Shown piece by piece: positions 9,719 to 19,888 of a stretch of 64,000 nucleotides of DNA. This DNA comes from Promethearchaeota archaeon (GTDB lineage Archaea > Asgardarchaeota > Thorarchaeia > Thorarchaeales > Thorarchaeaceae). Below the pieces are notes generated by a model that ran no database searches, was not told where the DNA came from, and saw nothing but the letters and a program-made list of their open reading frames with translations. Positions within the stretch are counted from its first letter, which is position 1, and every line of letters begins with the position of its first letter. Made by a program: the position numbers and the translations under genes. Location: contig WJMJ01000123.1 of NCBI GenBank assembly GCA_014728035.1, forward strand, positions 1-64,000, read 5' to 3'.

Positions 9719-12592
9719 GTGAAAACACAGACCACAACGAAAGAACAAGGCCCCTCATATGGTCCACAATCAATAGTAGTCATGGGAGCTGCAGAACACA
9801 ATCTGAAGCATATTGACGTAGAGATTCCTAAAGATACGCTAACCGTGGTGACTGGAGTTTCTGGTTCTGGAAAAAGTAGTTTGGTTTTTGACACGATATT
9901 TGCTGAGGGTCAACGTCGGTTTGTAGAGTCTCTCAGTGCATACGCTCGACAGTTCTTAGGAATGTTGGAAAAGCCGAATGTTGATTATATGTCTGGACTT
10001 TCACCATCAATATCTATTGATCAGAAAAGTGTTAGTAGAAACCCTCGTTCAACAGTTGGCACAATCACTGAAATCTACGACTTCCTACGATTACTATATG
10101 CAAGGGTAGGAATCCCTCACTGTCCCCAATGTGATAGAAAGATAGAACCGCAGACTGCACAACAAATTGTAGATCGAGTACTGGACTTACCAAAGGGTAC
10201 AAAGATTATGGTTCTTGCACCTATCATTCGAGGAAGAAAGGGGGAATACCGAAAAGAGTTCAAAGATCTAGTAGAGCAGGGATTCATTCGCGCGCGAGTT
10301 GACGGTGAAATCATAGACATTCATGCTGGATTATCATTAGACCGGTACTTTGAACATACAATTGAAGTCATTGTGGACCGTGTTGAAAATGCCACTTCTG
10401 AGCGAAGCAGAATTGCGGAAGCAGTTGAGACCTCTTTGAAGATGGCTGAAGGTGCAGTTACCATAGTAACAGATGAAAATGAATTCACACTCTCAAAGTT
10501 TCTAGCATGTCCCGACTGCGGTATCAGTATCCCGGAGATGGAGCCAAGAATGTTTTCTTGGAATACTCCTCAAGGCGCATGTGAACATTGTACTGGCATT
10601 GGAGTAACTCGTGAGTTTGACCCAGATTTATTTGTACCTGACAAATCCATCATTGTTAGAGAAATTAACGCTTTCCGAGGAATGGGCAAATGGGCTCGCA
10701 ATTGGGAACCTCGTCTCTCTAAGAAATTTGGTATAGACTTTGGCGTGAGGTGGCATGAGCTTCCTGATGAACACAAGAAGATTATACTCTATGGGGCAGA
10801 TGGTGAGTTTGTATTCAAATGGGAAGGGGGAAATGAAGATTGGAAGGTTTCCTACTCTGGTACTTATACACGAAAGTATGAGGGGATAGTAAATACTGCA
10901 AAACGACTCTACCAGAAGACCAAATCACAAGGACGAAAAAAGGAGTTTGAAACCCTTATGTCTGAACAGAAATGTACTGTCTGCAATGGGGGTCGATTAA
11001 AACCAGAAGCTCAATCTGTACGATTCAATGGGGTTTCAATCAATACACTTGACGAGATGTCAATCAAACAACTTAGCGAGTTCTTTGAACATGTGGAAGT
11101 CGCTAAGATGTATATGCCCGTGGCAGAACCCATTTTACGAGAGATCAAGGGGCGGATTGGATTTCTTGAAGAAGTAGGATTGGAATATCTAACACTCAAC
11201 AGGGGTGCTCCTAGTCTATCCGGAGGTGAAGCACAACGTATCAGACTTGCAAGTCAGATTGGATCTAATCTTGTTGGCGTTACTTATGTCTGTGATGAAC
11301 CTTCAATAGGACTTCATGCGCGAGATAATAAACGACTTCTTCGTTCACTAATGCGACTGAGAGACCTTGGTAATACTGTCTTAGTTGTGGAACACGATGA
11401 AGAAACCATGATGAGCGCAGATTATATAGTTGACCTTGGACCTGGCGCGGGATCCGAGGGTGGAGAATTGGTCGTAGCTGGTACTCTTGATGATGTGCTA
11501 GCATGCAAAGAATCTATTACCTCACAGTTCTTACGAGGTGTTCTACAGATACCTGTACCATCTGAGCGTCGTCAACCTAACGGACGGATTCTTGAAATCA
11601 AGGGGGCTCGTCATAATAATCTGAAGAACCTAGATGTCAAGATTCCATTGGGTCTGTTCATAGCTGTTACTGGGGTTTCAGGGAGTGGAAAATCCAGTCT
11701 TGTAGTTGATACATTGCAACGTGCTCTAGCTCGTGAATTTCACCGAGCTGAAGCTAAACCTGGTGATCATGACCATCTTCTTGGTTTAGACCTCCTTGAC
11801 AAAGTGATTGTAATTGACCAGAGTCCAATTGGGCGAACCCCGCGTTCGAATCCAGCTACGTATGTTGGTTTATGGACTCCGGTAAGGGAACTATTCGCAA
11901 GCTTACCTGAATCAAAAATTCGTGGATACAAAAAGGGAAGATTCAGCTTCAATGTGCGGGGTGGTCGATGTGAAAAATGCAAAGGGGCTGGAGTCGAAGA
12001 AATTGAAATGCAGTTCCTTCCACCAGTTCAAGTTACCTGCAGCGATTGTAAGGGACGAAGGTATAACAGAGAAACTTTGCAGGTGCGATACAAAGGAAAG
12101 AATATTGCTGATATCCTAGATATGAGAATTGATGAAGCACTAAAGTTTTTTGAAAATGTCCCTAGAATTCAAAAACGGTTAGAAACTCTCTGCGATGTCG
12201 GAATGGGTTATGTGAAGGTTGGACAACCATCTACCACTTTATCCGGTGGAGAAGCGCAGCGCATAAAACTGAGCAAGTTTCTCTCGCGTCCTGCTACAGG
12301 TCAAACCTTGATAATGTTAGATGAACCAACCACTGGACTTCATTTTGCAGATATCAAAAAGCTTCTTGAAGTTCTCCATAAATTGGTTGACTTAGGAAAC
12401 ACTGTCTTGGTAATTGAGCATCAAATGGATGTGATCAAGACAGCTGACTGGGTGATTGACTTAGGACCGGAGGGTGGAGATGAGGGTGGTTATTTGATTG
12501 CGGAAGGAACACCTGAAGATATAGCAGAATGTGATGCTTCGTATACTGGACATTATCTACGAGAAGTTCTCGGAGAGGAGGGTGATATGTAA
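9719..12592 (+). CDS. uvrA: Excinuclease ABC subunit A (paralogue 1)
   Basis: Two ABC modules (GVSGSGKS twice, LSGGEAQR twice, DEPSIGLH, DEPTTGLH), Zn fingers, PIGRTPRSNPATY. Confidence 0.96.
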   Translation: MKTQTTTKEQGPSYGPQSIVVMGAAEHNLKHIDVEIPKDTLTVVTGVSGSGKSSLVFDTIFAEGQRRFVESLSAYARQFLGMLEKPNVDYMSGLSPSISIDQKSVSRNPRSTVGTITEIYDFLRLLYARVGIPHCPQCDRKIEPQTAQQIVDRVLDLPKGTKIMVLAPIIRGRKGEYRKEFKDLVEQGFIRARVDGEIIDIHAGLSLDRYFEHTIEVIVDRVENATSERSRIAEAVETSLKMAEGAVTIVTDENEFTLSKFLACPDCGISIPEMEPRMFSWNTPQGACEHCTGIGVTREFDPDLFVPDKSIIVREINAFRGMGKWARNWEPRLSKKFGIDFGVRWHELPDEHKKIILYGADGEFVFKWEGGNEDWKVSYSGTYTRKYEGIVNTAKRLYQKTKSQGRKKEFETLMSEQKCTVCNGGRLKPEAQSVRFNGVSINTLDEMSIKQLSEFFEHVEVAKMYMPVAEPILREIKGRIGFLEEVGLEYLTLNRGAPSLSGGEAQRIRLASQIGSNLVGVTYVCDEPSIGLHARDNKRLLRSLMRLRDLGNTVLVVEHDEETMMSADYIVDLGPGAGSEGGELVVAGTLDDVLACKESITSQFLRGVLQIPVPSERRQPNGRILEIKGARHNNLKNLDVKIPLGLFIAVTGVSGSGKSSLVVDTLQRALAREFHRAEAKPGDHDHLLGLDLLDKVIVIDQSPIGRTPRSNPATYVGLWTPVRELFASLPESKIRGYKKGRFSFNVRGGRCEKCKGAGVEEIEMQFLPPVQVTCSDCKGRRYNRETLQVRYKGKNIADILDMRIDEALKFFENVPRIQKRLETLCDVGMGYVKVGQPSTTLSGGEAQRIKLSKFLSRPATGQTLIMLDEPTTGLHFADIKKLLEVLHKLVDLGNTVLVIEHQMDVIKTADWVIDLGPEGGDEGGYLIAEGTPEDIAECDASYTGHYLREVLGEEGDM

Positions 12593-15450
12593 TGGTGGGA
12601 TTCATCTCCGTAAAGAAAGCCGAGGAACATAATCTCAAAGCTATTAACGTAGATATTCCTCGTGACAGATTGGTTGTTGTTACAGGACCATCAGGATCCG
12701 GAAAAAGTACTTTGGTTTTCGATACAATCTTTGCGGAAGGTCAACGACGCTATGTAGAATCACTTTCATCATACGCTCGAAGATTCCTGGGTCGTCTGGA
12801 CAAACCAAAAGTACAGAGTATTACAGGACTTCCTCCAGCGATCTCGATTGAACAGAAAGGGCGTTCAAAGAACCCCCGAAGTACTGTAGCAACAAGTACT
12901 GAGATTCAGGACTATCTTCGATTGTTATATGCGAATATTGGTACACCTCATTGCATCGAATGTGGGAAAGCAATGGAACAACTCACACCTGAGTCAGCTG
13001 CTAAGATTCTTCTAGAGGATAATGGTGGAGAACGAATCTACATTTTAGCACCTGTGGTTCGTGATGAACCTGGAAAACACGAAGATATACTTCAACATCT
13101 GATTGAGAATGGATTTGTTAGAGTGCGAGTTGATGGTGAGATATCCGATATTGATTCTGTTGATATCGATGGTCGTTTGAAGCACGATATTGATGTTGTA
13201 GTTGACAGATTAGAACTTTCGCACAAATATCGCGAGAGACTTACAGGATCTATCGAAACAGCTCTTGAGACTGGTGATGGTATAGCTATTGTTTCAAGAC
13301 CGAATCAAAATGACTTGACTTTTTCAGAACGTTTAATGTGTCCATATTGTGGAGTTCAATATGATAAACTCAATCCCAAGATGTTTTCATATAACCGTCC
13401 AGACGGAGCATGTTCCCAATGTAATGGACTCGGAATCACGATGGATGTATCAATAGATCTTGTCATTCCTGATGAAAGCATGACTATTCGTGAGATTGGA
13501 AAGAGGGCTTTTGAGAATCGAAGATATCTAATGAGAAGAGTTGATTCTTTAGCTGAAATGCTTGGTTTCTCTCCGGAAGCACCTCTAACAGCTCTTTCTA
13601 AGAGGCATCGAGAGATTTTCTTGTGGGGAAACCCGTCCGTCGATATAACATATGGGCGTCAAAAGGAAGATGGGACCTCCTGGGAGGTCACCAGAGCTTG
13701 GCTTGGTATAATTCCTTGGCTCCGTAAAGTCTTTGCTGAGGGGAACTCAAGTGACAAATCATGGTATCGAAGACGAGCACAGAATATAGCTGATAATTTC
13801 ACTAAACAAACAACATGTACTGCATGTGATGGTAGGAAATTGCGTCCTGAAAGTCTTGCAGTTACTGTTGGAGATACCTCCATAGACAAAGTCACAGCAA
13901 TGACAATTGAGGAAGCTCTTCAATTCTTTGAATCAATCGAATTATCAGAACGAGAGATGAAGATTGCAAAACTCATTCTAAAAGAGATTATAGCTAGATT
14001 GAAGTTTCTTATTGCAGTCGGTCTCGAATATCTCAATTTAGACCGGTTGTCACGGACATTGTCCGGTGGCGAGAGTCAACGTATCCGACTTGCAACTCAG
14101 ATTGGGTCCGCTTTAACCGGAGTACTATATTGCCTTGATGAGCCAAGTATCGGTCTTCACCCTCGAGATATTAATCGACTAATCGAAACTTTCTACAATC
14201 TTCGGAGTCTAGGGAATACAGTAGTGGTCATCGAACATGACAGAGATACAATTTTTGCTGCCGACCACATAATCGATCTTGGCCCTCTGGCCGGTCGTCA
14301 TGGGGGTGAGGTTGTTGCTTCTGGTCCTCCTGAGCAAGTATTGTCTGATCCCAAATCGCTTACTGCACAATATTTAGCTGGCGAAAAGCAAATTCCGATT
14401 CCTAAAGAACGTAGGAAAGGAAACGGAAAGGCCATCTATGTTAGAAATGCTCGGCAGAATAATCTGAAGGGTATTGATGTAGAGTTTCCACTTGGTACCC
14501 TTACTTGTGTTTCGGGTGTTTCTGGGTCCGGAAAGAGCTCTCTAGTTTATGAAACATTATACAAAGCTCTTGCCAAAGAGATTAACCAATCGTCAATGAC
14601 ACCAGGGCTTCATGACACTATTGAAGGTGTTGAGAATATTGAACGTCTTGTCCTTGTAGACCAATCCTCTATTGGCAGAACTCCGAGGTCGAATCCAGCA
14701 ACATATACAAAGACTTTCGATCATATCCGCTCCCTCTTTGCTAAGATGCCTGAAGCAAAGACTCGTGGCTATACACCCAGTAGATTTAGCTTCAATACAA
14801 GTTCGGGTCGATGTAGCAAATGCAGAGGAAGTGGAACAATCCGGGTTGAGATGCATTTCATGAGTGATGTCTTTATGGTCTGCGATGCGTGTAAAGGAAA
14901 GCGATTTGATCGTGAAACTCTGGAAGTAAAGTACAAAGACAAGAATATCTCTGATGTTTTGCATATGACCATTGATGAGGCCTTGGAGTTCTTTTCAGAT
15001 ATTCCAAAGATAGCTGACAAATTACAGACACTAATAGATGTGGGTCTCGGATACCTCCAACTCGGGCAACCAGCTACACAGCTCTCTGGTGGAGAAGCTC
15101 AGCGAATGAAGCTTGCATCAGAGCTATGGAGACGAAACCTAGAACCAACATTGTATATTCTGGATGAACCTACAACAGGCCTATCTGCTTCTGATATTCA
15201 CACATTACTACGGGTGTTAGACAGGTTTGTTGATGCTGGCCATTCGATTATTATCATTGAACATAATCTTGATGTGTTAAAAGTAGCGGATTATCTGATT
15301 GACCTAGGGCCAGAAGGTGGGGTAGGTGGTGGAACTGTAATTACAACAGGAACACCAGAAGAGGTATCTGAAGTGGTTGAATCATATACTGGTAATCATC
15401 TTCGAGCTGTGTTATATGGTCCAGATGTAATCTATGGGCCATTGAAGTGA
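12592..15450 (+). CDS. uvrA: Excinuclease ABC subunit A (paralogue 2)
   Basis: GPSGSGKS/GVSGSGKS, LSGGESQR/LSGGEAQR, DEPSIGLH/DEPTTGLS, GRTPRSNPATY; TAATG overlap with paralogue 1. Confidence 0.95.
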   Translation: MVGFISVKKAEEHNLKAINVDIPRDRLVVVTGPSGSGKSTLVFDTIFAEGQRRYVESLSSYARRFLGRLDKPKVQSITGLPPAISIEQKGRSKNPRSTVATSTEIQDYLRLLYANIGTPHCIECGKAMEQLTPESAAKILLEDNGGERIYILAPVVRDEPGKHEDILQHLIENGFVRVRVDGEISDIDSVDIDGRLKHDIDVVVDRLELSHKYRERLTGSIETALETGDGIAIVSRPNQNDLTFSERLMCPYCGVQYDKLNPKMFSYNRPDGACSQCNGLGITMDVSIDLVIPDESMTIREIGKRAFENRRYLMRRVDSLAEMLGFSPEAPLTALSKRHREIFLWGNPSVDITYGRQKEDGTSWEVTRAWLGIIPWLRKVFAEGNSSDKSWYRRRAQNIADNFTKQTTCTACDGRKLRPESLAVTVGDTSIDKVTAMTIEEALQFFESIELSEREMKIAKLILKEIIARLKFLIAVGLEYLNLDRLSRTLSGGESQRIRLATQIGSALTGVLYCLDEPSIGLHPRDINRLIETFYNLRSLGNTVVVIEHDRDTIFAADHIIDLGPLAGRHGGEVVASGPPEQVLSDPKSLTAQYLAGEKQIPIPKERRKGNGKAIYVRNARQNNLKGIDVEFPLGTLTCVSGVSGSGKSSLVYETLYKALAKEINQSSMTPGLHDTIEGVENIERLVLVDQSSIGRTPRSNPATYTKTFDHIRSLFAKMPEAKTRGYTPSRFSFNTSSGRCSKCRGSGTIRVEMHFMSDVFMVCDACKGKRFDRETLEVKYKDKNISDVLHMTIDEALEFFSDIPKIADKLQTLIDVGLGYLQLGQPATQLSGGEAQRMKLASELWRRNLEPTLYILDEPTTGLSASDIHTLLRVLDRFVDAGHSIIIIEHNLDVLKVADYLIDLGPEGGVGGGTVITTGTPEEVSEVVESYTGNHLRAVLYGPDVIYGPLK

Positions 15451-15523
15451 CCAATTATTGCATTACCAAAAGGTCTATGCTTACATGCTTACGTATGTTC
15501 TACTATTAAGGAGTGTACCGTCT

Positions 15524-17338
15524 ATGCCGGAACTTGCATCTCTCGTTCAGGATCTTCCAATTGAACCAGGAGTTTATCTTTGGAAAGATGAAACCGGCAA
15601 GGTTCTCTATGTAGGCAAATCTAAAGCACTTCGAAAGAGAGTGAGTTCGTATCTTCGTCCAAAAAGTCGTGATAGAAAGACTTGGGAACTCATGCAACGT
15701 GCGTGTGACTTGGAAACCATTGTGACCCGTTCTGAGAAAGAGGCATTGATTGTTGAGGCCACTTTGATTAAGAAACACATGCCACCATACAATATCGCAC
15801 TGAAGGATGATAAACGCAATACTTGGATTCGTGTTGATGCTAGATCAACAATTCCAACTTTCGAGGTAACTCGTGAATTTCAACAAGATGGTGCACAGTA
15901 TTTTGGCCCTTACCGAAGCTCCAAACGACTTGAGAGATTTCTTGATACTGTACGAAAATTCATTCCAATTGCGATGTGTAAGGAACCTGATAAGGTTAGA
16001 CGTGCGTGTATGGATTATCATCTTGAACGGTGTTCAGGTCCATGCAAAAATCATATTCCATTGGAAGAGTACTGTTCTCTTGTTGAACAAATGTGTTTCT
16101 TTCTCGATGGAGAGGCGAAAAGTCTTCTCAACCTTTTAGAATACCAGATGAAGAAATCATCAGAGGCTATGGATTTCGAACGAGCTGCTGAAATTAGAGA
16201 TAGAATGACTGATATTGAAATCATGATGCGAAAACAGGGTGTATACTCACCAGACGGGAAGAATCGAGATGTGTTGGGAATATCTCGTACAGAAGAGGCT
16301 GCTCTTGTCGAGCTGCTTATCATTAGAGGAGGAAGACTGATTGGACAGGATAATTTCTACTTTGAACTGGATTTAGACACACCAGACGATGAAGTTCTCC
16401 TTGCTTTCGTTGAACAGTACTATTTCTCATTGCCACAGCTTCCTGAGGAAATACTTCTTCCTCAAAAGATCAAACGAATGAAACTCATGAGTAAATGGTT
16501 AAGCGAAACTGCATCTAAGGAAGTTCTATTGACAAGAGCTAGAACACCTGAAGAAGATGACCTCGTTGAAATGGCGAATGCTAATGCTTTTCGAGCGTTG
16601 AGAAAGATACTCATTCTAGATGAATCAGAAGAAGAAATTGTCGATAATGGAGTAAAGGAACTGAAAGAAGTACTAGGATTAAGTAGGGCACCTATGCATA
16701 TCGAAGGGTTTGACATCGCTAACATTCAAGGCACCGATCCGACTGGTTCATGTGTAGTTTTTAGAAATGGTGAGCCCTACAAGAAATGGTATCGTATGTT
16801 CAAAGTTCGAATCAAAGATACTCCTGATGATTATGCAATGATGCGAGAAGTAGTATATCGTCGATATCAAGGTGTACTTAATCGTGGACATACTCTTCCT
16901 GACCTAATCCTGATTGATGGAGGAAAAGGTCAGCTAAATGTTGCGATAGATGCCTTGAAATCTCTTGGGTTGGAATATCTTCATGTTGCTTCTTTAGCCA
17001 AACGTGATGAGATTTTGTTTATGCGTGGTTTTCCTGAAGGTGTTGAGTTAGAACGTGATTCTCCCGCATTAAGATTGGTTCAACGTGTTCGTGATGAATC
17101 TCATCGTTTCGCTCAGAAATACCATCACAAACTTCGAGAGAAACGATTTAGCGGTTCGATTCTTGAAGAGGTTCCTGGTATTGGATCAAAACGAAGAGCT
17201 GCTCTTTTGAAACACTTTGGGAGCTATGACAAGGTTCGAGAAGCTTCTATTGACGACATACTATCGGTAGACGGAATGACGGAACGGTCAGCTCAAAGTC
17301 TTAAAGATTGGATTGACAAGGAAGACCCACTTCAATAG
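15524..17338 (+). CDS. uvrC: Excinuclease ABC subunit C
   Basis: GIY-YIG (PGVYLW..YVGKS), Cys-rich cluster, GFDIAN, DGGKGQ, HhH; SD AAGGAG before ATG 15524. Confidence 0.95.
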   Translation: MPELASLVQDLPIEPGVYLWKDETGKVLYVGKSKALRKRVSSYLRPKSRDRKTWELMQRACDLETIVTRSEKEALIVEATLIKKHMPPYNIALKDDKRNTWIRVDARSTIPTFEVTREFQQDGAQYFGPYRSSKRLERFLDTVRKFIPIAMCKEPDKVRRACMDYHLERCSGPCKNHIPLEEYCSLVEQMCFFLDGEAKSLLNLLEYQMKKSSEAMDFERAAEIRDRMTDIEIMMRKQGVYSPDGKNRDVLGISRTEEAALVELLIIRGGRLIGQDNFYFELDLDTPDDEVLLAFVEQYYFSLPQLPEEILLPQKIKRMKLMSKWLSETASKEVLLTRARTPEEDDLVEMANANAFRALRKILILDESEEEIVDNGVKELKEVLGLSRAPMHIEGFDIANIQGTDPTGSCVVFRNGEPYKKWYRMFKVRIKDTPDDYAMMREVVYRRYQGVLNRGHTLPDLILIDGGKGQLNVAIDALKSLGLEYLHVASLAKRDEILFMRGFPEGVELERDSPALRLVQRVRDESHRFAQKYHHKLREKRFSGSILEEVPGIGSKRRAALLKHFGSYDKVREASIDDILSVDGMTERSAQSLKDWIDKEDPLQ

Positions 17339-17341
17339 ACG

Positions 17342-19003
17342 TCAATCATTTTCCGATTCTGCATCTTCTTCTATTACTTCTAATTTGGAATCGGGATTCA
17401 CTTCATCCGTAGAGCATTCATCTTCCTTATCCTCAGAAACATCTTCAGAATCTACTTCTTCTGGAGCATCTTTTTCTGCTTTCTCATCTACCTCTTCACA
17501 TTCTGGAACTATCTCTTGGTTTTCCTCTTTCTTTCTGACAGCTAACTCTTCACAGTCATCTTTTAGTGATAGTTCGAGTTCTTCTTCAAATGGCTCATTA
17601 ATGTCGAAATGTTCCTTCAAAATGCTCATTTCAAAGGGAGGATATTCTTGTCGTGCTTCATCAAGAGTCAAGACGCGAACTTTGTGAGTATGCTTCTTTC
17701 CTTTACTGTATCCGTAATAGACGATTACTCCAAAAATCGTACCTATAACACCCAAGATCAAGACTTCAATGTGAAGGAATGGAACAAGAATCAGATGTGA
17801 TACAATTGCTAGTATTGGAAAAGCTGGGAAAAATGGACTCTTGAAGACTCCTTGCACACTGAGATTCTTTCTCCTTAGTCCCATTACGGAAGCATTGACC
17901 AACGTTAGGCCTACAAGGTATCCAAAATCTGCTAGATATGCAGCAAACTCGGCACTACCAGTTAGGGCTACTGCTGAAGCAATTATCAATGAAAGCAGTA
18001 GTGCCTGCAAAGGTACTTTTCTGGTTGGATGGACTTTCTGCAATGCTTTGGGAAAGTAGTTGTCTCGTCCTAAAGAATATGCTACTCTGCTACTGGCAAG
18101 AAATGTGGCATTCAGTGCAGCATAATTAGAGGCTGCCATACCTGCTAAACCTAAGAAGTAACCAAATTTCCCACTGAATAGTATGAATACATCTGCAATG
18201 GGTCGTTCACTAGTAGCAACATTTTCATAACCTGCAATTCCTACGATGACAAAGGTTGCGAGCATGTAGACTATTGTTGCTATCAGTATAGTAAGCATAA
18301 TTGCTCTTGGTATGTTTTTATGGGGTTCTTTGATTTCCTCACTTGCGGTAGTGACCATCTCAAATCCTACAAAACTAATGAACACAAATGAAACTGTAGC
18401 TATGAATTCAAAGGTTCCCGCTCCTTCAGCAACAAGTGTTGTTAGATTGGCACTATCAATGAAGAATACACCGGCTCCAATGAATAATATCAACACACAT
18501 GTTTGTGCTATGTTCAAAATTCCAAGGACACTAGCTACGCCTTTAACACTGACTGCATTCGTTATGGCTGTGATTATGACTAGCACAAATGCTATGATTC
18601 CCACAGTTACAAGAGTTGAGCCTGGAATGAACACTGCTAATGTGTGAGCAACTGCGATAGAATAAAGTCCACAAGCTACGGTATTCCCGATGAAGAGAAA
18701 CCATCCTGTAGCAAATGCTGGAGACCCTCCATATACATCATGAACAAACGTATATCCTCCTCCCTGTTTTGGAATCGAACAAGCAAGTTCAGCATAATTT
18801 ACGGCTGTGAATACACTCAAGATTCCAGCTACAAGATACGCCAGTACGATTGCTGGCCCTATTCTCCCAGCTGCAATTCCTGATATGACATATATACCGC
18901 CGCCTAGCATGGCACCTAGACCAATATTCGTTGCACCTGCAAGCCCTAGTCGTCTTGCGAATTTTGTTTCAGAATCATCGTCACCGAAGGTTTCAACCAC
19001 CAA
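17342..19003 (-). CDS. APC-family amino acid permease with acidic C-terminal tail
   Basis: GAMLGGGIY, YAELA..P..GGGY, FVGFE, about 12 TM. Confidence 0.9.
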   Translation of the reverse strand: MVVETFGDDDSETKFARRLGLAGATNIGLGAMLGGGIYVISGIAAGRIGPAIVLAYLVAGILSVFTAVNYAELACSIPKQGGGYTFVHDVYGGSPAFATGWFLFIGNTVACGLYSIAVAHTLAVFIPGSTLVTVGIIAFVLVIITAITNAVSVKGVASVLGILNIAQTCVLILFIGAGVFFIDSANLTTLVAEGAGTFEFIATVSFVFISFVGFEMVTTASEEIKEPHKNIPRAIMLTILIATIVYMLATFVIVGIAGYENVATSERPIADVFILFSGKFGYFLGLAGMAASNYAALNATFLASSRVAYSLGRDNYFPKALQKVHPTRKVPLQALLLSLIIASAVALTGSAEFAAYLADFGYLVGLTLVNASVMGLRRKNLSVQGVFKSPFFPAFPILAIVSHLILVPFLHIEVLILGVIGTIFGVIVYYGYSKGKKHTHKVRVLTLDEARQEYPPFEMSILKEHFDINEPFEEELELSLKDDCEELAVRKKEENQEIVPECEEVDEKAEKDAPEEVDSEDVSEDKEDECSTDEVNPDSKLEVIEEDAESEND

Positions 19004-19243
19004 CGGAAATCACCTTTGTGAGCTGTGTTCTAAGGGATATCGTTCAGATGAACACTAACTCTTTCAGCTCGGCTCTAGATTGTGCTTTTGAACATTTTGT
19101 ATTCGACAATTAGAAGCTAATCATCTAAATGACAATTTGCGCAAACATTGCCAGAGTTCTCTTATCGCGCCTCTATTCGGCGCCTCCGCTAAAAATTATC
19201 AAACCCTGAAATTTAAATGCAATTCGTACAGCATGAGCTTACG

Positions 19244-19260
19244 GAACTCTTGAAGAGTTC
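19244..19260. promoter_or_regulatory. Palindrome GAACTCTT-G-AAGAGTTC upstream of ferredoxin
   Basis: Perfect 8-1-8 inverted repeat about 27 nt downstream of a TATA-like TTTAAA. Confidence 0.35.
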
Positions 19261-19279
19261 AAAAAGAAGTGACTCAGCA

Positions 19280-19465
19280 ATGATCTGGATTGTAAACGAC
19301 AATTGTACCGCATGTGGTACTTGTGCTGATGTATGTCCTGTTGATCCCACTCTGTATAAGATTGAGGATGTGGCAGTATACATTAAAGAACGTGCTGACG
19401 AGTGTACAGAATGTTACGCTTGTGTAGATAGTTGTCCTGAAGGCGCTATCGAAGAAGGCGAATAA
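19280..19465 (+). CDS. 2[4Fe-4S] ferredoxin
   Basis: CTACGTCADVCP and CTECYACVDSCP. Confidence 0.92.
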   Translation: MIWIVNDNCTACGTCADVCPVDPTLYKIEDVAVYIKERADECTECYACVDSCPEGAIEEGE

Positions 19466-19493
19466 TTCACTAGTACTCGAAGACACAGGAGGA

Positions 19494-19549
19494 CGGCAGG
19501 GATGGATGTCGAAATGAAATCGCATCCCTGTCTGTGATATCCTTTTTTT
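19494..19549 (+). terminator. Hairpin plus T-tract after ferredoxin
   Basis: GGCAGGGATG...CATCCCTGTC stem, T-run shortly after. Confidence 0.45.
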
Positions 19550-19805
19550 ACCTTACTCTATACGGTTCGCCAAAAATTGAATCGAAATATTCTCTTAGCG
19601 ATTCGTCATGCAGCACCACTCGAACTTGAGCAATCTCGTCGCTTTTTGGATCATAACTTCCTCGAACAATCTCAATTCTAGAAGTATCATCAAGCATGAG
19701 GATGGTTCTGTCTTCATCTACCTCTTTGTTCATTCCGAACTTCTTTGCAACTTTGGTCATCTTATCCGAATATTCTGATGGTTTTACCTTGTAGAATAAT
19801 TTCAT
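19548..19805 (-). CDS. Hypothetical protein
   Basis: 85-aa ORF with purine-rich upstream sequence and globular composition. Confidence 0.7.
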   Translation of the reverse strand: MKLFYKVKPSEYSDKMTKVAKKFGMNKEVDEDRTILMLDDTSRIEIVRGSYDPKSDEIAQVRVVLHDESLREYFDSIFGEPYRVR

Positions 19806-19888
19806 GATGGTTCCCTTTTCGTACTATTTGAATCAAGTTATAAGTATTATAACTATAGTTATTCTAAAAATATTTTGAGGATGTTATC

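Noticed and set aside
9719-15450. Tandem uvrA as an assembly duplication
   Set aside because: The copies are extensively diverged at DNA and protein level, and both frames are intact.
17313-17687. Ser-rich ORFs (also 37547-37957)
   Set aside because: Antisense to Glu/Lys-rich coding segments.
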